A program made the position numbers and the translations under genes. Below the pieces are notes generated by a model. That model did not search any database. It had not been told where the DNA came from and worked only from the letters and a program-made list of their open reading frames with translations. From an uncultured bacterium (GTDB lineage: Bacteria; Chloroflexota; UBA5177; JANWHV01), in the NCBI GenBank assembly GCA_963729625.1, contig CAVSOU010000010.1:384001-448000 (forward strand): DNA of 64,000 nucleotides, read 5' to 3'. Below are positions 48,424 through 59,257 of this stretch, one piece after another (within the stretch, counting starts at the first letter, position 1; every line of letters begins with the position of its first letter).

Positions 48424-49620
48424 CTAAGCGCTGCGCCCATCTGGCTCGATGGTCCCATTTTCACCATGGCCGATCAGGTAATCCACGATGAGCTTCGCTG
48501 TAGCAGTGCATCCGCGCACGAAGCCAAAGAACGGCCCGAAGTCTCGCGTGGACGCCAAGCCCGCAAAAAAGAGGCCTGGCAAACTCGACTGAAATACCTC
48601 GTCCAGCACAGGATAGCCATCCGCAACCTGGAGTCGAGACATGACGGAGTAGTCCGACAGCAGTTGCATGCGCCCGACGTCCACCGTATAACCGGTGGCC
48701 AGCACGACAAAATCGACTCGCAGACGCGACTGATTGTCGAGATGCACATCGATTTGACCGTCGGCGGTCACGCGACAACTGGTTACACTGCGTCGCGGCC
48801 ACGACAGGATACCTTCGCGCCCTAGGCGCTCCCACAGCCAGGGCTCGAGCTTGAGCTTGGCTTCCTCCCAGAATTGCATCTCGACCGCCTGCCGATCGCC
48901 TTCTGACAAGTTTCGATACCAGCCGGGGGCCAGCAACATTTCTTCGACATGCCTGCCGATCCAGGACCAGTCAGACGCCTCGAATCGCGGGGTGTCGTGC
49001 CTGAACACGACATGCACCTCCGCGCCACACTCCTCATTGATCAACGCCGCCCACTCAAATGCACTCTGTCTTCCACCGACGATAAGGCATCGCTTGCCGC
49101 GCAAAGCCGAGAAGTCAACCAAATCGCAGGTGTGCGCAAAGCGCTCCGGGGGCAGACCGGCGACAATCTCGCGCGGGATGTGCTTGTGCGGTTTGTATCC
49201 GGTCGCGATCACGACGTGCCTGGCTGTTATCGGAGCTCCGTCAGCCAGAGTCGCTTCGAACGCCGGACCGTCCCGTCGCAACGAGGCCACGCAGTCCTGC
49301 ACTACGTCGAGCCCACTTCGCGACCGAAACCACTCGGCGTAGTCGAGGAAGAGGTGGACGGGAATGGGCAGCACCTGCGACGGATCGAGGGAAAGCTCGT
49401 GAAGGTACGCTTCAAATGTGAGCGTGTCGAACGCATCCAAGTGCCAGCTAACGCCCGATCGGAGCAGCATGCGCGCTGGCATATTGTGCTTCCAAAAGCC
49501 CATGGTCTCTCCGACGATGGACGTCCTGATGCCGCGCCGCATGGCGCACGCGGCGATGCTCAACCCGTAGGGTCCAGCCCCTACGACCAGCAGATCGACC
49601 TCAGTCACACGATGCTCCAT
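48424..49620 (-). CDS. FAD/NAD(P)-dependent oxidoreductase (flavin monooxygenase-like)
   Basis: VGAGPYG, VIATG, VGGRQSA, LATGY and PGLFFAG. Confidence 0.88.
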   Translation of the reverse strand: MEHRVTEVDLLVVGAGPYGLSIAACAMRRGIRTSIVGETMGFWKHNMPARMLLRSGVSWHLDAFDTLTFEAYLHELSLDPSQVLPIPVHLFLDYAEWFRSRSGLDVVQDCVASLRRDGPAFEATLADGAPITARHVVIATGYKPHKHIPREIVAGLPPERFAHTCDLVDFSALRGKRCLIVGGRQSAFEWAALINEECGAEVHVVFRHDTPRFEASDWSWIGRHVEEMLLAPGWYRNLSEGDRQAVEMQFWEEAKLKLEPWLWERLGREGILSWPRRSVTSCRVTADGQIDVHLDNQSRLRVDFVVLATGYTVDVGRMQLLSDYSVMSRLQVADGYPVLDEVFQSSLPGLFFAGLASTRDFGPFFGFVRGCTATAKLIVDYLIGHGENGTIEPDGRSA

Positions 49621-50006
49621 CGCGCGCCACAATCGGTCATGGGTGCGCCTCCCTGCCCATCCAATTCCGCGGTGTCATTCCTGCTCATTCCATATGTCCC
49701 ACGAATCGGGACTTCCGCCAATCGTCTGTGGCGCTCATTGCGATCGCGGCAGCGCCCGCACGCCATCGCGACCGGTTCATCGGCCGTCGCGCCGACGCCG
49801 CGGATCGCGGTTGATCGGACACAACCTAGCACGATTGACAACCGCTGATCAACAAGGTCGACATTCGCGGACAACAACACGCCGGCACGCTGCTGCACGC
49901 AGCGCACTATTCTACTGCTCGGGTGAATCTCTGCTTGATGGCTGGTGCCCGAGCCGCTGTACTATAGAGGTCAGTTGAGCCATCGACGGCTCTGATGGAG
50001 GAGAAC

Positions 50007-51470
50007 ATGACGACAGTTGTCCCTCGGCCTTCAAGCATAACGGGAGCCACGCCGGCGTTGCGCCCCCTTACCTTCGGCGTCATTATCAGTAACCGCCGGG
50101 GGTTCCCGGCTCGTCTCGCCCTCAGCGGGCGCAAAACGGTACTCGATGTCCTGGCCCAGGCAGGCATCCAGGCAGTCATACCGGGGGAGAGCGAAACGCG
50201 GTTTGGTGCAGTCGAATCGTTGCAGGAGGCGCAGATCTGCGCGGATGTGTTCCGGCAACATCGAGACCAGATCGACGGCGTGCTGGTGTCGTTGCCTAAT
50301 TTTGGTGACGAGCGCGCCGTGGCCAATACGCTACGTCTGGCCGAGCTAAACGTGCCCGTGTTGGTTCAAGCGTTTCCGGACGACCAGGCGGACATGGGTC
50401 CAGGTGAGCGCCGTGACAGCTTCTGCGGCAAGGTAAGCGTGTGCAACAACTTGCAGCAATACGGACTGTCATTCACTTTGACCGACGCTCACACTGTTGA
50501 TCCGGCCGACGAGGAATTCGCTGCCGACCTGCGCCAGTTTGCCGCGGTGTGCCGGGTGGTTCGCGGCTTGCGTCGCATGCGGATCGGTATGCTCGGTGCG
50601 CGGACCACAGCATTCAATACCGTGCGGTTCAGTGAGAAGATCCTCGAGCGGCAGGGCATCAGCGTGGACACGCTCGATCTTTCCGAGGCATATGGCCGGA
50701 TCGAGCGCCTGGGCGATGCTGATCCCGAAGTAGCAGCCAAGGTGCAAAGCATCTCCGGTTACGTGGACACACGCAAAATATCCGGCGCATCACTGACCAA
50801 GCTGGCGAAGCTCGGTGTTGTCGTGGACCGCTGGATGAACGATTCGGGGCTCGACGGCACAGCCATCCAGTGCTGGACCTCGATGCAAGAGTACTTCGGC
50901 GTGGCGCCATGCACCGTGATGAGCATGGCCAGCAACAGTTTGATGCCCTCCGCCTGCGAGACGGACATAGCCGGCACGATCAGCATGTATGCCCTTGCAC
51001 TGGCGTCTGGCGAGCCAAGCGCCCTCGTGGATTGGAACAACAATTACGGCAAAGACCGGGACAAGGCGGTCGTATTCCACTGTTCCAATCTGCCCAAAAA
51101 GGTCTTCGTCGACGTAATGCCGCGAATGGAGCGCATGGCGGTGCACTCGCCGACCATACCGGATGACAACACGGCAGGCGCGATATTTGGACGAGTGCGG
51201 GAGAATCCGTTCACCTATCTGCGCGTGGCCACGGACGACCTGCAGGGAACGATGCGCGCGTACCTGGGCGAAGGCGAGTTTACCGCGGATCCCCTGTCCA
51301 CCTTTGGTGGCTACGGCGTCGTGCGCGTACCGCGTCTGCAGGAGCTGATGCGCTTTATCTGCAAGCATGGCTTCGAGCATCATGTCGCGGTGAACCAGGC
51401 AAGGGTCGCGGCCGCGGTGAACGAGGCGCTGACAAACTATTTGGGCTGGTCAGTCTACTGCCATGAGTGA
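50007..51470 (+). CDS. L-fucose/L-arabinose isomerase family protein
   Basis: LPNFGDE, RRDSFCGK, AIQCW, ACETD, FHCSN and GFEHH; GGAGGAG SD. Confidence 0.9.
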   Translation: MTTVVPRPSSITGATPALRPLTFGVIISNRRGFPARLALSGRKTVLDVLAQAGIQAVIPGESETRFGAVESLQEAQICADVFRQHRDQIDGVLVSLPNFGDERAVANTLRLAELNVPVLVQAFPDDQADMGPGERRDSFCGKVSVCNNLQQYGLSFTLTDAHTVDPADEEFAADLRQFAAVCRVVRGLRRMRIGMLGARTTAFNTVRFSEKILERQGISVDTLDLSEAYGRIERLGDADPEVAAKVQSISGYVDTRKISGASLTKLAKLGVVVDRWMNDSGLDGTAIQCWTSMQEYFGVAPCTVMSMASNSLMPSACETDIAGTISMYALALASGEPSALVDWNNNYGKDRDKAVVFHCSNLPKKVFVDVMPRMERMAVHSPTIPDDNTAGAIFGRVRENPFTYLRVATDDLQGTMRAYLGEGEFTADPLSTFGGYGVVRVPRLQELMRFICKHGFEHHVAVNQARVAAAVNEALTNYLGWSVYCHE

Positions 51471-51496
51471 GGTCCCGGCGTTCCGGCGCCCGCCCC

Positions 51497-51525
51497 TTGA
51501 CGGCGTGACTCCGGCACAGTATGCT
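51497..51525 (+). promoter_or_regulatory. Candidate sigma70 promoter
   Basis: TTGACG-N17-TATGCT. Confidence 0.5.
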
Positions 51526-51635
51526 CAAACCGCCTGATGCTAGGTAATCGTGCCCCAATCCAGTGACCTCACGGTCATGACGGCCCGGCGATTTCTGAAT
51601 CGTTCACGTGGTTGTGCGCAAGGGGGATCGCGGTC

Positions 51636-51880
51636 ATGGACCTTCGCAAGCTGGGCGAGCGTGGACAAGAAATCTCTGTTCATGGCTGCGGAACCTGGGC
51701 GTTGGAAGCGCCCGCTGGCGGCCCTGGGTCTGTGGTCCATGGAACGTCGCTGAGTCGATCGCGGCGGTGCGACGCGGGCTCGGTTCTGCGATTGCGTGGA
51801 ACGACACAGCCCCAGGCAAGGGTCTTGGCCACTCCGGTGAGATCATAGGCGGCGTTGTGGGCGCGAGGAGAAGGCATGAT
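51636..51880 (+). pseudogene. Degraded aldo/keto reductase 5' fragment
   Basis: MDLRKLGERGQEISVHGCGTWA, then shifted AESIAAVRRGL...WNDTAPGKGLGHSGEIIG (cf. WIDTAPAYGLGHSEE). Confidence 0.7.
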
Positions 51881-52091
51881 CGTGTAGCCGGCCCGAGCAT
51901 GCGTGGAAGCACGTTCATGCGCGGTTCAATGGGCCGGTGGTACAGTAGATGTGCGGATGGCGCAACAACGCGGAAGGGGGGTGTTAGCGGGTCTATCGAA
52001 ATGCACTACTCAAGGAATTCGTTCGATTCCTCGGCGGCGACGATGCCGAATGGCCTGGCTACATTGAGCCAGCAAGTCAAGGAGAAGATCT

Positions 52092-53138
52092 GTGACTGAA
52101 GAGACAAGACCAGAGATTAGTCGACGCAGGGCACTCGGGATGGCGGCTATGGCCGGTTTGGGCGGTGCGGCGGTGGCCGCGGGCCTGGGCGGCGCGTCGA
52201 TCCAGGAAGTAATGGCGGCCGGAGGGGGTCTACCCAAGAAGTCCTACAAGTTTGTCTTTGTCAATCACGTAACGACCAACCCCTTCTTCACTCCTACCCA
52301 GTACGGCGCCCAAGATGCCTGCTCATGGATGGGCTGCAGTTTCCAGTGGACGGGCTCGCAGAACAGCGTCGTCTCCGAGATGGTCGCCGCAATGCAGACC
52401 GCCATCGCGGCCAAGGTCGACGGCATCGCCGTGAGCCTCGTTGACCCCAAGGCCTTCAACAAGCCGACCGCGGACGCCCTCAGCATCGGTATCCCGGTCA
52501 TCGGCTACAACGCAGACACGCCCGGCAATGCCCGCCTGTCCTACGTCGGGCAGAGCCTCTACCAGTCCGGTTACAATATCGCCAACAAGTGGCTTCCCAT
52601 GCTCAAGAAGGGCAGCCACGTGATGCTGTCCATCGCCACGCCCGGCTCCCTGAACCTGCAGCCCAGGCTCAACGGTTACATCCAGGCGATCAAGGACGCC
52701 GGCAATCCGGTCACCTACGACGTGGTCAACTCCGGCGTGCAGGGCTCGCAGGAGCTCTCAGCAATTGAAAGCTACTACCTGGGCCACAAGACCATCGCCG
52801 GAATGTTCGGCACCGGTGCCACCGACAGCTATGCCTGCGGCGCGATCTCCAAGAAGTACGGCCTGGCTGCCAAAGGCGTGATCACGGCCGGCTACGATCT
52901 GCTGCCGCAGACCCTGGCCCTGATCGCCAGTGGGGACATGACCTTCACGACCGATCAGCAGCCCTACCTGCAGGGCTTCATCCCGATCCTGCAGATGTAC
53001 ATGTACAAGCTGTCCGGCGGCGCCGTCTCACCGGCCAACTGTGACACGAGCTTGGCTTATGTCAACAAGTCCAACGTGAGCATCTATACTGCGACCAAGA
53101 GCCGGTTCGAAGGTAGTACTACCGCCGAGCCTATGTAG
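52092..53138 (+). CDS. Sugar ABC transporter substrate-binding protein with Tat signal
   Basis: SRRRALG twin-arginine motif, NPFF, DGIAV, SYVGQ, GYD and DQQPYLQG. Confidence 0.93.
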   Translation: MTEETRPEISRRRALGMAAMAGLGGAAVAAGLGGASIQEVMAAGGGLPKKSYKFVFVNHVTTNPFFTPTQYGAQDACSWMGCSFQWTGSQNSVVSEMVAAMQTAIAAKVDGIAVSLVDPKAFNKPTADALSIGIPVIGYNADTPGNARLSYVGQSLYQSGYNIANKWLPMLKKGSHVMLSIATPGSLNLQPRLNGYIQAIKDAGNPVTYDVVNSGVQGSQELSAIESYYLGHKTIAGMFGTGATDSYACGAISKKYGLAAKGVITAGYDLLPQTLALIASGDMTFTTDQQPYLQGFIPILQMYMYKLSGGAVSPANCDTSLAYVNKSNVSIYTATKSRFEGSTTAEPM

Positions 53139-53370
53139 TCACCGCATCTGCCGAAGTATGCGCCAGGCTTCGCATGATCTGTCGCGGCCACCGACCTTGT
53201 TTCTTGCCATGGCATGAGAGAGGGCTGGTGATCGTGAGGGCACATACGGGGTGAGGCGGGCTTAACGGGCGCCGCCGGGGATCAGACGTAGAGACGTGGG
53301 ACTCCCGGCGGCGCTCAGCATAGGCACTATCTGGTGTGCCTGTAGTGTTAAGGGCAAAGAAGAAGCGAAG

Positions 53371-54438
53371 ATGGCACAGGTGAGCACACCGGTAAGTACA
53401 CCGCAGAGTCCGGGCCAGGCTTCTGCTGGGGGGCTTGAACGCGTTCTCGTCTTTCTGTCGCGCTATCGAGAAGCCAGTATCCTGTCCGTCGCGATCGTGC
53501 TGACTGCCTTCTTCGAAATCCGCAATACCACGTTCCTTACCAGTGCGGAGCTGAGTGTGGTATTGCGCGACACCGGGCGGATCGGCTTCATCTCGGCGGC
53601 CATGGTGATGGTGATGATCACTGGAGAGATCGACCTCTCCGTGGGCAGCACCTTCAGCCTGGCGCCGTATGTGATGATCATGCTGGCCACCATCAACGGA
53701 TTCAGCCTGTGGCTCGCGGCAGCCATTGCCATCTTGATCGGAGTGACCATTGGCTTGGTCAACGGACTGATCACGATCAAGTTCCACCTGCCGTCCCTGA
53801 TCACTACCCTCGGCACATTCTTCCTGTTGAACGGCATTACGATCAGCATCGGCAACAGCATACCGCTCGACAATCCCATTCAGGAGCCCTTCAACAAGAT
53901 CTTTGGCGAGAATCTTTACGGCCCTAACACCCCGTTCTTTTCCTGGCTCACGATCACCGGCTACAGCCCGTTTATCTGGGCCGTGGCGGTAGTGCTCGTG
54001 CTGACGGTGGTGTTATTTAATACCCGGTTCGGGCTGCACACCACTGCTACCGGCAGCAACCTGCTCGCAGCGAGCGAGATCGGGGTGCGCAGCGACCGCA
54101 TTAAGGTCTACAACTTCATGATTGTGGGGGCGGCGGCGGCTGGAGCCGGGATCATCAACTGCATACAGTACAGCGCGGCCGATCCTCTGGCCGGCGGACC
54201 CAACCTCACGCTGCAGGTCATTGGCGCCGCGGTAATCGGTGGCACCTCGCTCTTTGGCGGCGTGGGCACCGCCATCGGCGCCCTGATCGGATCCTACGTG
54301 GTCGCCTCGCTCAACGATGGGCTGGTTCTGCTCGGCGCTCAGGCCACGCAGTCCGATATCTATCTCGGCGCGGCCATTATTGGGGCGATGATCCTCAGTG
54401 TGTGGGTCAACACGGCGCGCGAGCGCAGGAGGCCATGA
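53371..54438 (+). CDS. Sugar ABC transporter permease
   Basis: GEIDLSVG, PSLITTLG, TRFG..ATGSN and IGAAVIGGTSLFGG. Confidence 0.94.
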   Translation: MAQVSTPVSTPQSPGQASAGGLERVLVFLSRYREASILSVAIVLTAFFEIRNTTFLTSAELSVVLRDTGRIGFISAAMVMVMITGEIDLSVGSTFSLAPYVMIMLATINGFSLWLAAAIAILIGVTIGLVNGLITIKFHLPSLITTLGTFFLLNGITISIGNSIPLDNPIQEPFNKIFGENLYGPNTPFFSWLTITGYSPFIWAVAVVLVLTVVLFNTRFGLHTTATGSNLLAASEIGVRSDRIKVYNFMIVGAAAAGAGIINCIQYSAADPLAGGPNLTLQVIGAAVIGGTSLFGGVGTAIGALIGSYVVASLNDGLVLLGAQATQSDIYLGAAIIGAMILSVWVNTARERRRP

Positions 54439-55208
54439 TGGTCGAAGAAGCGTCGATCATTCTTCAGGCAGAGCATATCAGCAAGCGTTTCGGCGCCGTC
54501 ACCGCGCTGAGCGACGTGAGCATGTACTTGCGCCGCGGCGAAGTGTTGGGTCTGGTCGGCGACAACGGCGCCGGCAAGTCCACTCTGATCAAGATCATTT
54601 CCGGCTTCCACAAGCCCGACGGCGGCACGCTTACCTTCCAGGGCAAGCCTCTGCACCTCAACTCGCCGATCGAGGCGCGCGCGCTGGGCATTCAGACCGT
54701 CTATCAGGACCTGGCCCTGGTCAACGACCTGACAGTCTTCCACAACATGTTCCTCGGACGCGAGCCGCTCAGACGGATACTGGGTGTCCGGCTGCTGGAC
54801 CACAAGCTGATGCGCCGGCAAACGCGCATGTACCTGGACACGCTTGGTATTCGCATTCCTAACGTGAACAGCGCGGTGGCCCAGCTCTCGGGCGGGCAAC
54901 GCCAGTCCATCGCGGTAGCCCGCTCTATCTACTCCAACCCCACGCTGCTGATCCTGGACGAACCGCTGGCCGCCCTTGGCGTGCGCGAGGGCAGGCTGGT
55001 GCTCAACCTGGTACAGGAGCTCAAGCGGCGCGGCGACGTCTCGATTATCATCATCGCGCACAACTATGCGCAGGTCTTCGAGATCTGCGATCGGATCAAC
55101 TTTGTCAGCGGCGGCATGATCACGTACGATAAGGCCACCAAAGACACCACGATCAACGAGCTCATGGACCTGGTGATGTCAGGCTACAGAGTCGATCAGC
55201 CTGCGTAG
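54435..55208 (+). CDS. Sugar ABC transporter ATP-binding protein
   Basis: GDNGAGKST, LSGGQRQ and ILDEP; ATGA overlap with the permease. Confidence 0.95.
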   Translation: MMVEEASIILQAEHISKRFGAVTALSDVSMYLRRGEVLGLVGDNGAGKSTLIKIISGFHKPDGGTLTFQGKPLHLNSPIEARALGIQTVYQDLALVNDLTVFHNMFLGREPLRRILGVRLLDHKLMRRQTRMYLDTLGIRIPNVNSAVAQLSGGQRQSIAVARSIYSNPTLLILDEPLAALGVREGRLVLNLVQELKRRGDVSIIIIAHNYAQVFEICDRINFVSGGMITYDKATKDTTINELMDLVMSGYRVDQPA

Positions 55209-55589
55209 CAGGCGCCTCTTTTCGACTTCGCAGTGCGTTGCGGGGGCCCAAAGGTGCAATGCCTTTGGGCTCCCAGCTATCTATTCGGACGCGCGCAATC
55301 TTGAATCGCGATCCTGGGATTCCTGCGTGAAGGCCGGAGAGTCTCACCTCGAGGTCCGGCGGTACGGCTCGGCCCGCCGCGCACAGGAGCAACGATTGCA
55401 GCACGGGCTCCCGCTGCCCGCGAATCGTCCGCCACCTGAGCTGGCCCTCGCCAGATTGAGGCCGGCCCCGGCCGCTGTAACGCCCGGCATCGCATCGCTG
55501 ATTGCAGCGCAGGCCCCGAGGTGCCGCCGGCGCGAGTATCATGATTAGGTTGATGCACCGCGTATGATTGTGGTGATGGGGAGGTTTGC

Positions 55590-56462
55590 GTGGCTGTTGG
55601 CTTACTGGAACTCCTCAGGTCGCGCCCAGCTGTTTCCGATGGCGCATGGGGTACGCAGCTGCAGGAGCAAGGGCTCGCTGCCGGAGAATGCCCGGACAGC
55701 TGGAACCTCGTGCACCCCGACCGAGTAGAAGATGTTGCGCGACGCTACGTCGATGCCGGAAGCCAGATCATTCTCACGAACACGTTCCGAGCGAACCCGA
55801 TCACTCTTGCGGACTACGGCCTCTCAGAGAAGGCCTCAGAAATCAATCGAGCCGGCGCCGAGATCTCCCGGCGAGCCGCGGGAAACCGCGCCCTCGTCAT
55901 CGCATCCGTCGGGCCAACTGGACGGCTGTTGATGACCGGCGCCGTGCAGGACGATGAGTTGCACGATGCCTTTCTGCTACAGGCGCGGGCGCTAGCCGAG
56001 GGCGGAGTGGACGGCATCGTGATCGAGACGATGAGTGATCTGGCTGAAGCGACGGTTGCCCTCGCCGCCGCGGTGGAGACCGGCCTTCCGGTCGTGGTCA
56101 GCATGGTCTTTGATTCGGGCAAGCACAAGGACCGGACGATGATGGGCGTTACACCGGAGCAAGCGGTGGAAAGCCTTGCCCGGGCCGGAGCGTCGGCAGT
56201 GGGGGCGAACTGCGGGCAAGGCATCGCCGGGTACGTTCCGATCTGCCGGCGACTTCGCCAGGCGACGGACCTGCCAATCTGGATCAAGCCAAACGCCGGC
56301 ATGCCGTCGCTCGTCGAGGGCCGTCCCGTGTACGCGACAACGCCCGATGAGTTCGCAGGTTACGCCATCGAGCTGGTCGAGGCGGGCGCCGACATCATCG
56401 GCGGCTGTTGCGGAACGTCACCGGAATTCATCCGCGCGATCGTGCGCCGCCTGGCCGGCTGA
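55590..56462 (+). CDS. Stand-alone homocysteine S-methyltransferase domain protein
   Basis: DGAWGT, TNTF, SVGP, IETM, GANC, PNAG and GGCCGT (Zn ligands). Confidence 0.92.
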   Translation: MAVGLLELLRSRPAVSDGAWGTQLQEQGLAAGECPDSWNLVHPDRVEDVARRYVDAGSQIILTNTFRANPITLADYGLSEKASEINRAGAEISRRAAGNRALVIASVGPTGRLLMTGAVQDDELHDAFLLQARALAEGGVDGIVIETMSDLAEATVALAAAVETGLPVVVSMVFDSGKHKDRTMMGVTPEQAVESLARAGASAVGANCGQGIAGYVPICRRLRQATDLPIWIKPNAGMPSLVEGRPVYATTPDEFAGYAIELVEAGADIIGGCCGTSPEFIRAIVRRLAG

Positions 56463-57043
56463 GGCACTCGGCGGCGCACCGACGAGATAGGCAGCCTGAT
56501 GCCTCACCAAGACGGGTCGATCTTCGCACCGGGTCTGGGCGTGAAGCCTGACCAGGATCGATAGGGCTGCTCTGACAATCTCTACAAGGAGTTGGGCGGC
56601 TCTATATGTGGACGCGACCCGCGGCGACCGGACTGGCTCGCGATCGTCCCCGGTCACGGCTACGCAGTGCCACAGACTGGACTGCCGTGATGTGCTGGGT
56701 TGAGCCGCGAAAGCGCACGCCTGGCAGCCTTCGGCGCCGGCGCGTCTCAATGCGATTCCCGCGGGCGCGCTGCTTGGGGACGCCATTTCACTAGCCGCGT
56801 GACCGGGTCAGTTCTGCTCGCGGATGGCGGCCGCAGCCTGCACCCAATGGACCAACCAGCTGGACGCGACGCCGAGCATGCCGTGCTTGCGCCAAGCGCG
56901 ACACGCCCCCGGTCGATTTTGGTCTCGGAAGCAATTAAGCAGTGGTAAAATGCTAGATAGCTGCACTGAATCCGGGCTACCTGTGCGGCAGCATATTGGC
57001 CGGCGGCAGCCAATTGGTGCTTGCGGACCGTGGGATGTGAGAC

Positions 57044-58759
57044 ATGTTGGAAACACCGGCTCTGCGGGTGCGCGCGCTGATTCGGCAGCACGTGCCGATT
57101 CTGACCTGGCTGCCGTCCTACAAACCGACGTGGCTTCGAGCCGACGTGATCGCGGGCGCGACGGTCTGGGCAATTCTGGTGCCGGAGAGCGTTGCATACG
57201 CGCAGCTCGCCGGAGTGCCTGCCGTGGCCGCGCTGTCGCTGGCGCCGGGCGCGCTTCTTGCCTACGCAGTGTTCGGCAAATCGAGGCAGGCCATAGTCGG
57301 CGGGGACTCCGCCCTGTCCATCATGTCCGCCGCCGCGGTAGCGCCAATCGCGCTCGGAAGCACTGCAAGATACGGGTCGCTGACCGCCGAGCTGGCCATA
57401 CTCGCCGGGGCGATTGCCGTGCTCTGTGGGTTCGGCCGCCTGGGATTCGTCGCATCCTTTCTCTCTCGGCCGGTAGTCGCGGGCTTCATGTTTGGTCTGA
57501 GTATGGTCGTCGCCATCGGCCAGTTGCCCAAGGTATTCGGCGTCAAGGGCGCCTCCGGGAATTTCTTCGACAAGTTCGGCGGTCTTGCACGCCATCTCGG
57601 CAACACGAACGGCTGGACGCTTTTGATAGGCGGATGCAGCCTGGCGATCCTGTTTGGCCTGAAACGCTTTGTGCCCAAGGCGCCCGCCGCGTTGATCGCG
57701 GTCGCCGCCAGCACGGTTGCCGCCTCGCTTCTGGACCTGGCGCACCACGGGGTCGACCTCGTGGGCACAATTCCCGCCGGATTGCCGCGCGCCGGATTAC
57801 CGGACGTCAGGTCCGGCGACATCGCGTCTCTGCTACCGGCCGCGCTTGGCATCGTGCTCGTCGGGTATGCCGAGCACCTCGGCACTATCCAGAGGACGTC
57901 GACCGCGAAGACTGATGCGATCGACCCGAACCAGGAGCTCATCGCCCTGGGAGCTTCGCACATCAGTGCCGGCGTACTGCACGGATTTGTGGTCACGGGC
58001 AGCCTCTCCAAGACGACGGTCAACGATAGTGCCGGGGCGCAAAGCCAGGTGTCGAGCATCGTCGCTGCCGCGCTCGTCATCGCTACCGGCTTGTATCTGA
58101 CGCCGCTCTTCCGCAATCTGCCGGACGCCACACTTGGAGCGATCGTCATCGCCGCCATCTGGCACATCTTCGACGTCGGCGAGATGCGGCGATTCTTCCG
58201 CCTGAGTCGCGAGGGATTCGTACTGGCGTTGACGGCGCTTCTCGGGGAGCTCGTGCTGAATGTCCTGCCCGGTCTGCTGTTCGCCGTAGGACTCTCATTC
58301 GCTCTCCTCATCTACCGGTCCAGCCGCCCGCACGTCGCCGTACTTGGCCGGTTTCCGGGCGAGCACACCTACGCCGACCTGTCCATGCACCCGGAAAATG
58401 AGACAATACCCGGACTGCTCCTGGTGCGGTTGGACGCACAACTCTTCTTCGCCAACGACGACGTCCTGAGAAGCAAGCTTCGCGAGCTCGCGCGCGCATC
58501 GGCGCCGGCGCCACGGGCGATTCTCCTCGATCTGGAAGCGACGACGATGTTGGACATCTCCAGCGCCGATACGCTGGCCGAGATAGCGGCGGATTTCAAG
58601 GAGGAAGGGATAGTACTCCTGCTCGCTCGCGTGCGAGACCCAGTGCTTGCCATGCTTCGCCGTTCGGGCGCGGCAGCGCTGATCGGCGACGCGCATTTCT
58701 ACCATATGGTCGACGAAGGCGTGGCAGACTTTCAGCGCTGGAGCGCGGGCACGGCGTAG
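57044..58759 (+). CDS. SulP family anion transporter with STAS domain
   Basis: DVIAG, VPESVAYAQLAG, NQELIALG, GSLSKT, LFFAN and LDISS. Confidence 0.95.
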   Translation: MLETPALRVRALIRQHVPILTWLPSYKPTWLRADVIAGATVWAILVPESVAYAQLAGVPAVAALSLAPGALLAYAVFGKSRQAIVGGDSALSIMSAAAVAPIALGSTARYGSLTAELAILAGAIAVLCGFGRLGFVASFLSRPVVAGFMFGLSMVVAIGQLPKVFGVKGASGNFFDKFGGLARHLGNTNGWTLLIGGCSLAILFGLKRFVPKAPAALIAVAASTVAASLLDLAHHGVDLVGTIPAGLPRAGLPDVRSGDIASLLPAALGIVLVGYAEHLGTIQRTSTAKTDAIDPNQELIALGASHISAGVLHGFVVTGSLSKTTVNDSAGAQSQVSSIVAAALVIATGLYLTPLFRNLPDATLGAIVIAAIWHIFDVGEMRRFFRLSREGFVLALTALLGELVLNVLPGLLFAVGLSFALLIYRSSRPHVAVLGRFPGEHTYADLSMHPENETIPGLLLVRLDAQLFFANDDVLRSKLRELARASAPAPRAILLDLEATTMLDISSADTLAEIAADFKEEGIVLLLARVRDPVLAMLRRSGAAALIGDAHFYHMVDEGVADFQRWSAGTA

Positions 58760-59257
58760 CTGCACGCAGTCCAGCAGGTTGTGACGGCGGTGACTGTGGC
58801 GTGAACGGCGTCTGATGTACTGGAGCATGCGGCATGGAGCACACCACATTCGTACAGGACCCGAGCCCATGTGTCCGCCCGGCACCGTCATCTACTGAAG
58901 CACAGCCACGCCGAAATTTGCAGCCCGAGCTGGCCAGCTCGCAGTTGTCGACAAGCGCGATCGGTACCTGCGCCGGGTCGAGCGTCACCACCAGTCCTTC
59001 GGCGGGACCATCGTCCGGCATCTTGGTGAGAGACCGGGCGTGAGCTCACGATCGAGCAGGCCTTCGTTACTGTGAGTATCCTCAGTTGAAATATGGCATT
59101 ATTGATAGTAGAACTTCATTTCCCACCTCGCCTGTTGCCGTGTCCATTCGATCGTTGGCGCAGCGTCACGCTTCGAGCAATACGCACGTCGTGCAAAGCC
59201 GCCTGCGCCGTCCTTGCGGGCCGGTACTGGCCGCAGCAAGAAAGGGGATTTACCTGA

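Noticed and set aside
51590-52030. LacI-type operators (TGAATCGTTCA; GGAAT-N7-ATTCC) before the ABC operon
   Set aside because: Short imperfect palindromes and no regulator gene nearby.
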